The notes under the pieces were generated by a model. The model had not been told where the DNA came from and ran no database searches. It saw only the letters and a program-made list of their open reading frames with translations. Source: Amoeboaphelidium protococcarum X5 (lineage: Eukaryota > Fungi > Aphelidiomycota). From it: DNA of 64,000 nucleotides. Below, one piece after another: positions 27,066 through 41,541 of the stretch. The stretch's first letter is position 1. The number at the start of each line of letters is the position of its first letter. The stretch is taken from contig JALDTO010000212.1 of NCBI GenBank assembly GCA_023515725.1, positions 62,001 to 126,000 on the forward strand, read 5' to 3'. Both the position numbers and the translations under genes were made by a program.

Positions 27066-27677
27066 ATGCCAAAGAGTAAGGATAGCGAATTGAAATAAAG
27101 ATTGAGGAGTATAAGGTAAAAGATTGCCAAAGCACAGTCTGAGAATAAAAAGGAAGTGATTAGAGAGCATTAACGGGTGGATGAGCGCGCACCTCGACGC
27201 AATAAATACCATGAGAAGGAGCTGAGAGAGTTGCAGCATGATCTTGAGATTGAGCAATAGCTGGCCGCTTCCACCTCTTCTACTAGTCAAGGTGTCAGCG
27301 ATACTCTGGATGCAGATAGATTAAAGAATTTGACATACACCGCAGAGGCTGTACACTAGTGGAATGAGAAATAGAATGATGCATTAGACAGATAGAATGC
27401 ATATGAATCTGGTAGTCGCCTGGCACTCAGGCAGCATTTAAAATTGTAAGAGTCCCTTCCCGCTGATACTTAAAAAAGAAATTTTCTAAAGTAATAATTA
27501 TAGTAATAATAATAATCATAGAAGGGTAATAATGATAATTTTGACGCGTTAGACTTTGTAAATATCAAGAATACTGACGAAGAGATTGAGCGGATGATAC
27601 AGTTGACGGCTGTGAAGAAGCGTCCCGGTGGTCCACGCTCTCCTAAACAGAAAACAGCTGATTAAAGTAATAGCTGA
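27066..27677 (+). CDS. SYF2-like pre-mRNA splicing factor, apparently lacking the conserved C-terminus, 203 aa
   Basis: RLRSIR.KIAKA..ENKKEVIREH and DADRLKNLTYTAE.V..WNEK resemble SYF2. Missed by the ORF track. Confidence 0.55.
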
Positions 27678-28157
27678 TGCTAGATCATGCCACAGTTGTG
27701 TATAATATAAAAAGAATAATAGTTTAGATTGTCTATACATTCTTTACATACATCCTTAATTTCTGTACTATATAGCGCGTAAATAAATTCAACGCGATAA
27801 GTTTATATTATGCGTCTGTTGCATTGCCCTTCCCTCGCGGTCCGTTTCCCTAGTAAATTCCGCTCTGCATGAAACACTTACAGAACTGTTTGGCAGTTGT
27901 TGGTGTGTGAATGAACGTGTTCTTCTAGGAGAATCGCTGTGAAACACTTATTAATCCTTCTTTACTGAAACGATCATTGTTTTCGCTGAGTGACAATCCC
28001 ATTGAGGTCTTTTTAGTCATTCATTGTTTCGGTAGTCTGTATTGTAAAAGATCTGCACTGTGTATAGTACAAGTGTGTATTCAAGTGCTTTGTTTAGTAT
28101 ATTTCAGAAATTGAAATCGTATTTAAGTAATAATCAGTGTATCATATCAAGGGAACA

Positions 28158-30575
28158 ATGAACATATTGACGTGTCTGGATTTGTATTAGACCAAGTAGC
28201 ATATGTACATTACTGGGTAGTTGTACAGAAGATCAGACTGTTTCAGAATATTAAAGATCGATCGCAGCTCTGTGGACCAGCATGTTGTAACTGTTGACAA
28301 TACAGAGTATTCTAGGGTGGAGCTTGACTCTCTCCTCCAGATGATTGATGATGGTAATAAGAGTCAAGGTGGACTGAAATCTGTTCTGCGAGGATGTTAC
28401 GGCTTGGTTGGATTTGTTAAATTCAACTTGCTCTATCTCTATATCATAACCAAAGCTTCAGAAATTGCTTGTATTAATGGGCATTATGTGTATTAGATTG
28501 AACAGGTCAGATTGATTCCGGTGACAAATGTCAACTTTAGTGCAAATGCTCAGCTGTCTTAAGAGTTGTAGCAGTTGAAGAGATCTGATGATGAGCTGCG
28601 TAAAATAGACCTTCTGTCATCTGTAGATCTTACCAAGCACTGCTACTTTTCATACACTTGTGACTTGACTCATACTTTTTAGAATCTACTTACTGCTGAC
28701 CGTCCTTAACAAATACGTGATAAATACATGTGGAACTATTACCTCTGCTCCAATGGATTCTCTTTAGATTAGATAAAGTATGGAAATTGCTGGGTCTTGC
28801 CTATAATACATGGATTTGTAGAATCTGCTAATGTTAACTAGTCTCTTAATATCACTCTGATTGCTCGTAGATCTAGACATTATGCTGGTGTTCGGTACAT
28901 GCGCCGCGGTATTGATGATAGCGGTAATGTGGCGAATGAAGTTGAGACTGAGCAGATTCTACAGGATCAATTTTATTTATCGAGTCACGTTTAGATTAGA
29001 GGGTCCATACCGGTGCACTGGCAGCAGGAGGTTAATAATCTTGTTCCAAAGCCTCCGATATCTATTCATTTCGTGGATCCGTATTACAAGAGTACGCTTA
29101 AGCATTTCAGTCAATTGAGATCATATTATGGTGTTAGTGGTATTACTGTGCTCAATCTGGTAAAGCATAATGATCTTCGTCGGGAGACTATTTTGTTGGG
29201 CTCATTTAATGCTGCCATCTCATTTGTGAATTAATTTCTGCCTAGTGGAGAGAGGATAAATTATATTGCTTTTGATATGGCCAAGGCGAGCAAATAGAGC
29301 AAGTAGAATTGGTAGACCGCGTAGTAGAGAGCCAAAAGCAGATCCTCTGATGAAGGCACATTTCTACTGAATAAAACCAACAAGAATGATGTTATAAGCA
29401 TTCTGGAGAGAATTACAGCAGATTCTGTGCTATAAACTGGTCTATTTTGTATTAAGAAATGCTCTGGTGAAATTCTTTAAGTATAGCGTGGCATCATACG
29501 TACCAATTGCATTGACTGTCTCGATAGGACGAACGCTGCTCAATTTATAATCGGAAAGCTGGCACTTTGTCGGCAGCTTAACAGCATGAAACTATCAAGC
29601 AAGTCATACCTCACTTTTGATAATGACTCTGTCAAGTTGCTGATGAGAATGTGCAATGATATGGGCAATGTGATTGCGCTGTAGTATGGCGGCTCAGCTT
29701 TGGTGAACACCATGGAGACGTACAGGCGGAAGAACGCTGCTGCTCACTCGCGCGCAAGTTCAGCCAGTGAGGGGAATACCCCGGAAGATGATGAAATGGA
29801 GTATGGCGGAATGGGGAATGTTTTCAATTAGCGTCTCTAGTCATACTTGTACTCGAGTAGAGATATGCTGGAGACTATTAAGCGATATTACAGTAACTCT
29901 TTCACTGATGCAGAAAAGCAGGAAGCTATCATTTTGTTCATTGGTTATGATAGCCAAAACTCCAATTATGTTCATGTAAATTCAACTTCTGTGGAATCTT
30001 TAATTAAAAGTTTTCAAGAGCTTCCTCGCCTGTCTGAGGGTAGTAATGGTCAAGAAGATGAAGAGCATAATTAAAGCGACTCTATAGTCAGCGCGCAGAC
30101 TTCTTCAGAGAGGCTCTTAGTATCTTTGCAAGATTGTGTAGAGTACAAGTTGCTGGAACGGGCAAGTGCTGAAGGTAGAATGTCACAAGATGTAGTATTA
30201 TAATCTCCAGTCACTGTTCTCAGCCGTAAAAAGTCTTCACCTTTGATGTTATCTGGTAATGAGCTGAATGCTACAGAGTCAGTGAACAATTACAACAGTT
30301 AGAATGGCAAATATAATCAATCGTCTGACTGGAGTGAATTCATTGATGTCAAGAATGATTTTAAATTAAAGGAACTATCCGAGAAGGAAATTGACGAATA
30401 CCAACGTTATGTGGATCAATTCAAAGGCGACAAATTCGAGTCTGATGACAACATGTAGCAATACAACAATGACTACTATGCATAGTATGTAAAGATGGGA
30501 CTGAAACCGGTCAGCAAGGAAGACATGCAAATATTCTCAGACTATGTCAACTTCACTAAAGTATTAGAAGCGTGA
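28158..30575 (+). CDS. FIG4: SAC-domain polyphosphoinositide phosphatase, ~805 aa
   Basis: [44 protein letters not shown], catalytic [41 protein letters not shown]. Confidence 0.92.
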
Positions 30576-31027
30576 TTATCTATATAAAAAGAATCATTTC
30601 AATTTAATAATAACCATTTTAAAGATATTTACAGACATTTTAGTCCAGTTTATACATTGACAGCCGCTGTGTGAGGAGTGTACATGCTTTGATCTAACGT
30701 GCCCCCCTGATGATTGAATCACCGCTTTCAATCTATAAAGATTTTTTTGAGACCGATCGTCGTAGAAGGCTTTTCCGGGACTCGTCGCATTCTTCTTTTT
30801 CCCATAGACGCACACACACAGACTTTCTCAAAAGAGCTGCAGCCAAGAGAAAGCGACGCTGAGAATTTTGTCTTAAAAGAGCAAAGCTTAGGCGTGTGAA
30901 TAACTTTTACATTTTGGCTCAAACTTTTCATTGCTGTGACGTTCATCATTACGATTTGATCATCATTGTGTTACTTGTTGTTGATTGAGAGTAAAAGTTT
31001 AATTTGATGATACATTATTACAAGAGA

Positions 31028-33241
31028 ATGATAAATTTATTAGCTCATTAGAATTTTGTGTCTGTATTACTGCTCCATGTCTTGGTGGTTGATGCTAGAC
31101 AGTTCAATTCGCGGTATCATTTTTAGGCTCCTTCCAACTGGCTGAATGATCCTTGTGCGCCTCATTATGATAATAACACTGGCAAGTATCACATCTACTA
31201 TCAGTATTCAGATTATCCTTCGTGGAAAGAGCCTCTGTTATGGCGTCATGCCACTGCAGACAGTTTAATTGGGCCTTTCGCAGATCAGGGCGTCATACTC
31301 TCTCCGTCTGCTCCATATGACAAGGAGAGCATTTTCACTGGAAGTGGCGTCGCGTTAAATATCCCGAAAGATTTGGCGCGTCATATTATGGGCAATGTGT
31401 CCATGTAAGATCCATAATAATAAAAGTAATAGCAGGAATTGGATTAATTTAAGGTTGCTTATTACACTGGAGTGACTTAGTTTCCTCTTAGTTGGCCGCT
31501 GCCTTACGTTCCGGGCACTGAGACTCAGAATCTTGTTTGGTCAACTGATGGTGGTTATACGTGGAATAAGTATGAAGGGAATCCTATCCTGGGACAACCT
31601 CCACCAGCTATTAATGTTACTGGTTGGCGAGATCCTTTTATATTTTAGGATGATCATATTGATACTTTGCTGGATGGGTAATTGAATGAAAAGAAGGAGC
31701 GCTATTACATGCTCATAGGATCAGGTCTCCGAGGTTATGGTGGTGCTGTTATAATGTACTATTCTTATGACTTGGTCATTTGGACAGTATTTAAACATCC
31801 AGTGTACACTCGGCGTCATGATAACTATGGGCTGGATGATGGATTACGACCATTTGGTTATGAAAAATTTTCGTTTGGGTTCAACTGGGAAGTTCCTAAT
31901 CTTCTCCCTCTTGGCAAGTGGAAAGATGGTGAGTAGTTGTATTTGCTCTCTATTGGCACTGAAGGCTTTGCTTACCATCTTAGGGGCCATCATCAGTAGA
32001 CTTACCTCGTCGGGACATTGAGAGTTGCCGCGGATACGCAATAGTCTTCTGAATTTATACTTGGTGACTCTGCTGGTGTCTCATTGGAATTTGTACCAAT
32101 CTCTGCCGGCTTGCTCGATCACGGAATGTTGTATGCTGTCAACTCTGTGAGAAATGTACCTCTCACCTCCGATAACGTTGTCCTGGGATGGATTAATGAG
32201 GATTGGGAACCGTCAGATATGCTCAAAGAAGGGACATCTGGTCTGTTTGGATTACCACGTAAAGTGACTCTGATTGAAAACACAGATGGTATGCCTGACG
32301 TTGCTGTTCAGCCAGTGAAAGACGTTAAATAATTTAGAAAGTCGGGTTCTCACGTTCGAGTAGACGATTTGCTACTCATTGGTGGCAAGGAGTCAAATAA
32401 TCATCATAGCAGTGGTTTAGTGCAGGCACCTCATGTTCCTCCTCCTTTACTTCCACCTGATCACACGGGAGAGCCTGGTGATGGCCGTAATGTTGGCATT
32501 TGGTATTATCCTCTGGAAGGTGTTAGATCGTCCAAGTTTATGGAGATGCGTGCTCGTCTCAAGGTTCAAGGCGATCTGGTGTAGAATGATACTATGAAGA
32601 TTGGATTTGTCATCCATCACTCGAAGCCATTTGGGCCTCAGTTGATGCATTTTGACCCGGGTAGAGCGCCTGAGGAGTAGCATCCATGGGGTGATTATAC
32701 CATAGTTTACATTGAGCCCGTGCAGAGGGTGTTGTACGTATCAAGATGGAGATCCAGTCGAATTGTGACTGCTGACAACTTTGGTCTAAATGCCACAATT
32801 CCGTACAGTAATCGCGACAATAGTACTTTTGAGGTGAGAATTTTTGTCGACAACTCAGCATTGGAAATATTCGTTAATGACAGAGTGTCGCTATCTACTC
32901 GTATCTATCCTCAATACGCTCCATCTCTGCTTGGTGACTTTTAGAATTAGCACCATCATTCAGTGGTTAGTAAAATTGCTCCAGCCGCGATGCAGGAGAC
33001 ATACATGGGTTTCATGGTGTCTAAAGATCACAAGTCTGACTGTAAGATTATCGTTGATAAAGCTGATGTCTGGTATGATATTGGCCGCCGTCAAGACAGT
33101 TATGCTGTTTACAGTGAATCTGGTGATTTCTTTCTATTTGGTTAGCACCTTGATATTCTCTGTATTGTCGTTGTTATATCTGTAGTATTTTTGGGCGTGG
33201 TAAAGACTGCTGAGTATGGTTCTCGAAGAATGAAAGTATGA
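31028..33241 (+). CDS. GH32 beta-fructofuranosidase (invertase/inulinase-like) with signal peptide and C-terminal TM helix, ~737 aa
   Basis: YHFQAPSNWLNDP, IFTGSG, GWRDP, WEVP, IFVDNSALEIFVND...STRIYP; hydrophobic C-terminal ILCIVVVISVVFLGVV. Confidence 0.9.
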
Positions 33242-33337
33242 TTATATGTAATGTGAATTCATTTTACTCGGCTCTCACTATTGTATTTTGTGAATACTTG
33301 ACGTGTTTATATTTGATAGCTTGTATTGTTGGCGATA

Positions 33338-34673
33338 TCATTGACTATTGTGAACATCCAACAATAGTTGACGCAGCAGGTGATTCTCACTTTGCAGTAT
33401 CTGATTCTGCACTTTTAAGCGTTCAGAGGCTTCGTTGTTGTTGAAATCAGCAGCACCCTGAAGAGACTAGTCAATAGCATCAATCTGCTATTCTTAATGT
33501 AAATTACTAGCGAATCTGACCCATAACTTTTACAAATTCGCTGGCTTTCGAGGTTTCGGGATAGACAGCCTGACAGCTGATCTATCTTTAACTTCTTGCT
33601 AAATAATTGGGAGCAGGGGTTTCCTCTTGTGCACTCTTACCGCTGTCTCAGTATTCGAACGCTGTCTCTTCTTAGTGACATCACGACCGTCTCCGCAATC
33701 ATCGAGACTACTTGACGATGTCTTCCGCAATTACGCGCAATTACTGCAACTGCAAGTACCCAAACATACCGCGCATTCGTAAGTATAATCCCTTAGTGCT
33801 TCAATGAAATCGGCATTGAACTTTGAGATAAGGCATTTTCCACACATATAATATCCCGCTCTAGCAGCACCACGTTCACTGCTCTGATGGCAAGAATTAG
33901 TGCAAGCTACTAACACAGTGGAAGGTTTTCGCTGACGACAACGATGACAGCTAAATCCGGGAACCTTCATGATGACACGCCCATGCAGCCAATAACTTAC
34001 AGTAAGCAACGATCGTTTCTTTGGCTTTCCATCCCTACAAACTCATGTGTAATGATTAACGTGTCTTCAAACTAATAATAAAACCAAATTACTTCAAGTT
34101 TGGCGCGCATTTTACCAGATTAATTGCATCAAAAGACTTGACGAATATATCTTTAAACCACTTCACTGCATCATCGTAAACTTCAATCAGGTCGCTTATC
34201 CAATAGCGCTGAAACAAGATCTTGCAAGGAGCAGCCCTCAGATCTTCACAGTTGAGAAGACACTCTGAGCAATAATACGCGTCAGCATTACTCTTAAGCT
34301 TCCAGCACCTGTTCCAAATTATTGCATTACAGTCGTTGCAAACTTTCATATCCGATCCCATTTCCGTAATCATGGCCAACTTCTGACAGAGTCCACCTTA
34401 CGATCCCATAGGCGATTGCGGTAGAAGATACATCAATTTGACATTCACATCATTGCCTTTAGCACGTAAATCATCTTGATCGTGTTCATCGATCCATTCA
34501 TGTTAAATTGCAAAGTACAGATTGGAGATCATAGTAGACATTTTCTGGCCAAGAGTTCTTGAAATTTGGTCATCATGCAGATTGAAAGCAGCCATTGGAT
34601 CAATAGATTCTCTCAAGCGCGTCAACCATCTTTACAGCTTCAGAAATAACTACTCAGTCTCACAAGCGTTCAT
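33338..34673 (-). CDS. zf-4CXXC_R1 zinc-finger protein with an upstream CxxC..CxxC finger; intron 34035-34092; start uncertain
   Basis: CHRCRQRK..CTNSC..CGKCL...YECAVCLGTCSCSNC; upstream CNDCNAIIWNR..YCSEC. Confidence 0.72.
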
Positions 34674-34993
34674 TGTTAGTAAGCAAGCAATACTTCTCAC
34701 AGAACTTTGATGTGGACTAGAAATGAACTTTCTAATCTTGGATGAAACATCCTACTAGGCGGACGAGGCTGAATATTTACTCGTTTCATTGCTCTTTCAG
34801 ACTTCAATACCTAAACGGGAAATGATTGAGATGTTTCAACGTCGTTTCAGCCGTGATTTGATCTCCTTCGCGACCATTAGCCATTAAAATTAAGTAACAA
34901 TGCAGAAAATAGATTATACTTTCTACCATAAAAAAGTGTGTATTTTTTTACATTAAATCTGAGATTATCTTAGACTATTGATTTAGAAAAGAC

Positions 34994-36358
<1,365 letters not shown>

Positions 36359-36572
36359 ATGAATATTTAACACCTAGATGTTTAAATTTATGATCACCTT
36401 AAGTGTTTCGACCTGCGAACTGTGGCGCGCCTTCATTTTAAGCGCGTTGTCGCTCCATCGCCGCTGATCTGATTCAGAATGGGCATCTTCTCTTCTGATC
36501 AAAGCTCTATCTACTCTTAGAGGATTAATCGACTTAATTATACACTACTGAACTTTTAACTGAGAAATCAAT

Positions 36573-38731
36573 ATGGCGGTGGAAGGTCCAAAATTTGACA
36601 AGATTGACGAAAAAGTTATTAACACCGTCCGTACTCTGTCCGCAGACATGGTGTTCAAGGCCAACTCTGGTCACCCTGGAGCGGTAAGATTTCAAGTTAT
36701 TAGATAGTCGGACAACGTAATCACAATCATATCTTCCTTTAACTTCATCTCATGTAGCCTATGGGACTTGCACCTCTTGCTCATGTTCTCTACTCGCGCT
36801 TCATGAAGTTCAACCCAAAGAACTCGCATTGGTTCAATCGCGATAGATTTGTGTTGAGTAATGGTCACGCCTGTGCGCTGTAATACTCGCTGCTGCATCT
36901 GTATGGCTACAATCTGTCTTTGGATGACATTAAATAGTTTAGACAGTTGGATAGCAAGACTCCTGGGCATCCTGAAGTTCATCATACTGATGGAATCGAA
37001 GTTACCACCGGGCCGCTTGGTCAGGGAATTGCGAATGCTGTTGGTATGGCTGTCGCATCTCATCATTTGAATGCTCACTTTAGTAGACCGGGCTATGAGA
37101 AGTTGGTGGATAATTTTATCTACTGCATAGTCGGAGATGGCTGCTTGCAAGAAGGTGTGGCTAGTGAAGCGTGTGCTTTGGCCGGACATTTGGGCTTGGG
37201 CCGATTGATTGTCTTGTATGATGATAATCACATTTAAATTGATGGCTCTACTGATTTGGCGTTCACAGAGGATGTTTTGTAGAGATTTGAGTCTTATGGA
37301 TGGCACACTTTGTATGTTGAGGATGGTGATAAGGATCTGGCTGGTATTTACACTGCAATCGAGACTGCTAAAGGTGTTCACGATAAGCCATCCATTATCC
37401 GTATCAAGACCACGATTGGATTTGGTAGCAAGTTGCAAGGAACTGAGAAAGTTCATGGTGCACCTCTGAAAGAAGATGATCTGCAGAGTGTGAAGAAGGC
37501 GTTTGATTTTGATCCATCTTAAAGTTTCGCCGTGCCCGAGGATGTGTAAAAGTTTATTCATTCTTACACCGAACGTGGCCAGTAGTTGGAAAGCGAATGG
37601 AATAATCTATTTGACAAGTTCAAGGGTGAGCACAAAGATCTGGCAGCAGAGTTTGAGAGAAGAGTTGCCGGTAAGTTACCTGATGGATGGAAAGATAACT
37701 TGCCAAAGTATGATGCCAAGAGTGGAGCTATAGCTACGCGTAAGACTTCGGAGAATGTTTTGAATGCTATCGGAGATCTCTTACCTGAATTGATTGGTGG
37801 TAGTGCTGACTTGACTCACTCCAACCTGACCAAGTGGAAGTCTGCTCAGGAATTCTAGAAGGATGGAAGTAAGTTGGGCACATTTGGTGGACGGTATCTG
37901 CGCTTTGGTGTCAGAGAACACGGTATGGCTGCAATGCTGAATGGTATTGCTGCGTTTGGTGGCCTGATTCCATTTGGTGCAACATTCTTGAACTTTATTG
38001 GCTATGCTCAGGGTGCTTTCCGTCTGAGCGCATTGTCGCACTTTAGAGTACTGTATATCATGACTCACGATAGTATTGGTCTGGGTGAAGATGGTCCTAC
38101 TCATTAGCCTATAGAGATTCTTCCGCTGCTGCGTGCCACGCCTAACGCGTGGTCTATCCGTCCTTGTGATGGCAATGAGACCAATGGTGCGTATGTTGCC
38201 GCTCTGGAGACTCACCATGACGGCCCGACTGTGTTGTGTCTATCTAGACAAAACTTGCCTCAACTGGAGGGAACCAGTGTTGACGGAGTGCTGCACGGCG
38301 CATACGTTCTGAAGGATACTAAGGGTAGAGATGCTGCCGGAGGGAAGGTTGATGTTGCCATTGTAGGTACCGGTTCTGAGGTGAGTCTATGTATGGAGAC
38401 TGCACAGCTTTTGACTGAGAATCACAATTTGAATGTACGTGTCATCTCCATGCCGTGCTGGGAGGCTTTCGAATTGCAGAATCTAGCTTATAAGAAGTCT
38501 GTGTTCCCCGTCAATGTTCCAGTGCTGAGTGTCGAGGCGTACTCCACCATGGGTTGGGAACGTTATTCTCATGCCCAGGTTGGCTTGCATCAGTTTGGTG
38601 CATCTGCTCCGTACCAGTAGATCTACAAGTAGGTTGGTTTGGTGCCAGAAGTGGTGGCAGAGAAGGCTCTGAAATTGGTCAATCATTATAAGGCACGCGC
38701 TGTTCCATGTCTGTTGGAGAAAATTATTTGA
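36573..38731 (+). CDS. TKL1: Transketolase; intron 36684-36757
   Basis: [63 protein letters not shown]. Confidence 0.96.
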
Positions 38732-39251
38732 GTTACGATGGGATTTGATAATGTCATACGATGGTAAGACTGATTATTGCCGAAGAATTGAATAAATGAA
38801 TCTTAAAATTAGGAGAGATTACTAAACAGTTTTTTATAATTTTCTCAATATATCGCGATTTAAACTAGGTACTGCGTGTGGTGATTTCAATTGTATGACT
38901 CAATTTATGGGTTTCAGTTAGCATTTCTCCCTTGTTATTTACAAACTGAAAAATGGGAGAGATGCGGAGCTCTCACGGCCTTATTTTCTTCATCTGCTTA
39001 TGCTGACGCTTCTAAATGTTATTACAATTGTCTTCAGCACAAGTTTCAATATCAAAGTGTTGGTTGAGACAATCCAGGACATGTTGCATTGTGACCAGCC
39101 AGTGACAGTGGTGATCGCACAGAAGGCACATTATTTTAAAAGTCGCTGATAGCTTTGACGCGGTATAAAGTCTTAAGTTTTACTAATTGACTTTGCTGAA
39201 TAAACTACAGTTGAAGCGACATTGTTATAGCTTTTCGCTGACAAGATATTC

Positions 39252-39315
39252 CGTATGCATAAAAACTGCATACGCTCAGGTTGCGTATGCATCAAAACTG
39301 CATTCGACTTTTTTT
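39252..39315. repeat. Array of four alternately oriented CGTATGCA motifs followed by T7
   Basis: CGTATGCA-TAAAAAC-TGCATACG (39252-39274) and CGTATGCA-TCAAAAC-TGCATTCG (39284-39306); the junction GCATACGC-TCAGGTT-GCGTATGC is also palindromic. Confidence 0.8.
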
Positions 39316-39789
39316 GGGCCTGATTAAGAGCTGCTTGCTAAATCTACTTGAAATAGATATTTTATACACGGAGTATTGTATATTTGCTTAAATTGTGTAG
39401 CCATATCTTCTCTAGTTCTTACAGCGTAGTTTCAAGTGAGACTGGACGTCGCGTGTTGTGAACAGTCAGCGGGGATCGACAGAGCAAATATTGGTTCGCC
39501 GCAATCAATGGTTGAGTCCCTACTGAATTCTATCACATGGATCTAATAGAATACGAATCGATTGATATTTAAATGGAATTCTGGTCAAAACTGGTAGATT
39601 GGCCAAGCAATTACCTTAACTGCATGCAGTTCAACACTCCTTTGCGGAATTTTCCCTTTTACGATTCTCCACTTGTTGTCGGCCATAACAGAACGTAAGT
39701 GATAGTGGGCGAGATTGTGGATCTCCAACTCTACTTCTTTTATTTTGACGCGCTGTATAAAAATTGTTAAAATTTACATATATTGATTA

Positions 39790-41373
39790 ATGGATCTAAT
39801 AATTATAGATCCACCTGTATTCTCAGATGGGAGAGTGTGTTACCATCCGCAGGAGCTGTACACTGCAGAGTTTGTGAGGCGAAACTTCATGACCGCTCAA
39901 TTTATCGAACGATTATGGAAACTGGAGTATAGCCCATAGATTGAGTCTGATTAAAATGGAACTTATAATGTTGGCAGTTATGTACCTATAAAGATTTAAT
40001 TTAACATTCTTTCGGATAGAGATGAGTAGAGTTATGTTTAATATTTGATCGAATTGTCGCGTCTGGTTCAGGAACTTTAGTCGGGATCTTAGTAAGATTA
40101 TGACACGTTAAACTATTGGAGTTCTTCAGAGTACAAAGATGCTGATGATATTTAACGGATACTGCGCGATTTACCATCTGGATATTTGCTGGTCGAAGAA
40201 TGGGTTGTAGAGTACCCGCTCCCTTGTCCGTATTACTTTGCATTAGATCGACGGAAGTATTTTAGTAAAACTGGCATCGATAAGTCTTTGGATAGTAGTG
40301 GCCCATTCGCTTTGAATATTAAATTAGTTAAATCTCTTAAAGTGTATGGTCATCCAAGTGGTCAAGCTTTTGAGTCGGCTTATGGCTTTGCTACTCACAT
40401 CTTTAACTTATACTCTATTAAACGGTGCGATGAATTATGCTCCCCTCTCTGCTGTGATTGTCCTTTCTATGACTCTGATATTGCTTCGTCTTGTATAGTA
40501 TCTAGATGCGGCGAAGTTTATATGATTGACATTCAATATTGTGACTTCTCTGATACACTCCTCACGCTCTTATTAGATATGCAGATAAAACTATGGCCAG
40601 GTTAGATAGTTGAAATCATTAATGGGTAGCTATTGCGCGTTGAGTTGTTGCATTTCCCTCTCCTATGCGGCATAACATCCCGTATTGTAGATGTAAATAT
40701 GCTGAAAGGTGATAATTCTCTAAGCAGGGAAAGTCTCAATTATAAGCAAGTGTTAGAACTTGGGAATTAATAATCAATATCTCCTCTGAATTGTATCATA
40801 TTGGAACATTATCGATCAGCTCTAATTTAATATCATGCTCTCCTCTCCACCTGGACTGCAGATAGTGGTATCTCCACTATAGTTCACTCTGGTAGCAAGT
40901 CTGTGGACATGGTGTTTATGCGCGGATACTGCATCTGTATCAATGATATCATTGCTGTTACTCTAAATTCTGCACCTCGGTACATGCTGGTTCAACGTAT
41001 TGAAGTCTATTCAGAATTAGGCTACTAGAGAAATGAGCTCTTTCGCGGCTCTTTGCTCTAACATTAGTTGAATGATGATGGTGAGATCGAGGCTTTAAAT
41101 GATGTCTCCTGCGGATTTGAACACTTTATCTCACGAAGCCATGGTGTTTCGTATTGCTCTTCCGTCTACGATTAGCCTCTACTCGACACGTATAACAATA
41201 ATGATGCTGTGGCTGCTGCTTAATTTAATAAATTCTTTTCAAAAATGAACATGACTACAGGCTATAAGAATTGCTCATACCACAGACACACTAGTGATCG
41301 AATGCTGGAAGAGTACATGGAAGAGACTATCCTTCGCGTACCGCAGCTCCTCTTGAGCGCACCTCATTAATGA
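39790..41373 (+). CDS. Clr2-like (SHREC complex) transcription-silencing protein, ~527 aa
   Basis: FSDG, LRDLPSGYLL.E, VYGHPSGQAFES...FATHI..L...CDC (Clr2_transil signature), R.GE, LWPG.I, and a C-terminal BAH-like ICINDIIAV. Confidence 0.7.
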
Positions 41374-41541
41374 AAATGTGAATAATAATAGATAAGCTTC
41401 ATGTATGATTGTAACTATATTCGTACATTTTGTTCATCACTATCTAGTCCTAACTTGTAAAATTTGATTTAATGATATGGCGTCTATACAAGCGCCAGAT
41501 TTAAACTTGAGTGTGGACATTTCAACTTCCCATATTGCGAC

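Noticed and set aside
36692-38218. Long minus-strand ORFs (289 aa, 145 aa) in the supplied track
   Set aside because: Antisense shadows of transketolase with no recognisable protein features. The same applies to antisense ORFs over eIF3b, the NDR kinase and the P4-ATPase.
39436-39790. Possible small genes upstream of Clr2 and a 12-bp direct repeat ATGGATCTAATA at 39537 and 39790
   Set aside because: Candidate splice models do not join the Clr2 frame or use the TGTAG acceptor and give no recognisable protein; the repeat is short and may be chance.
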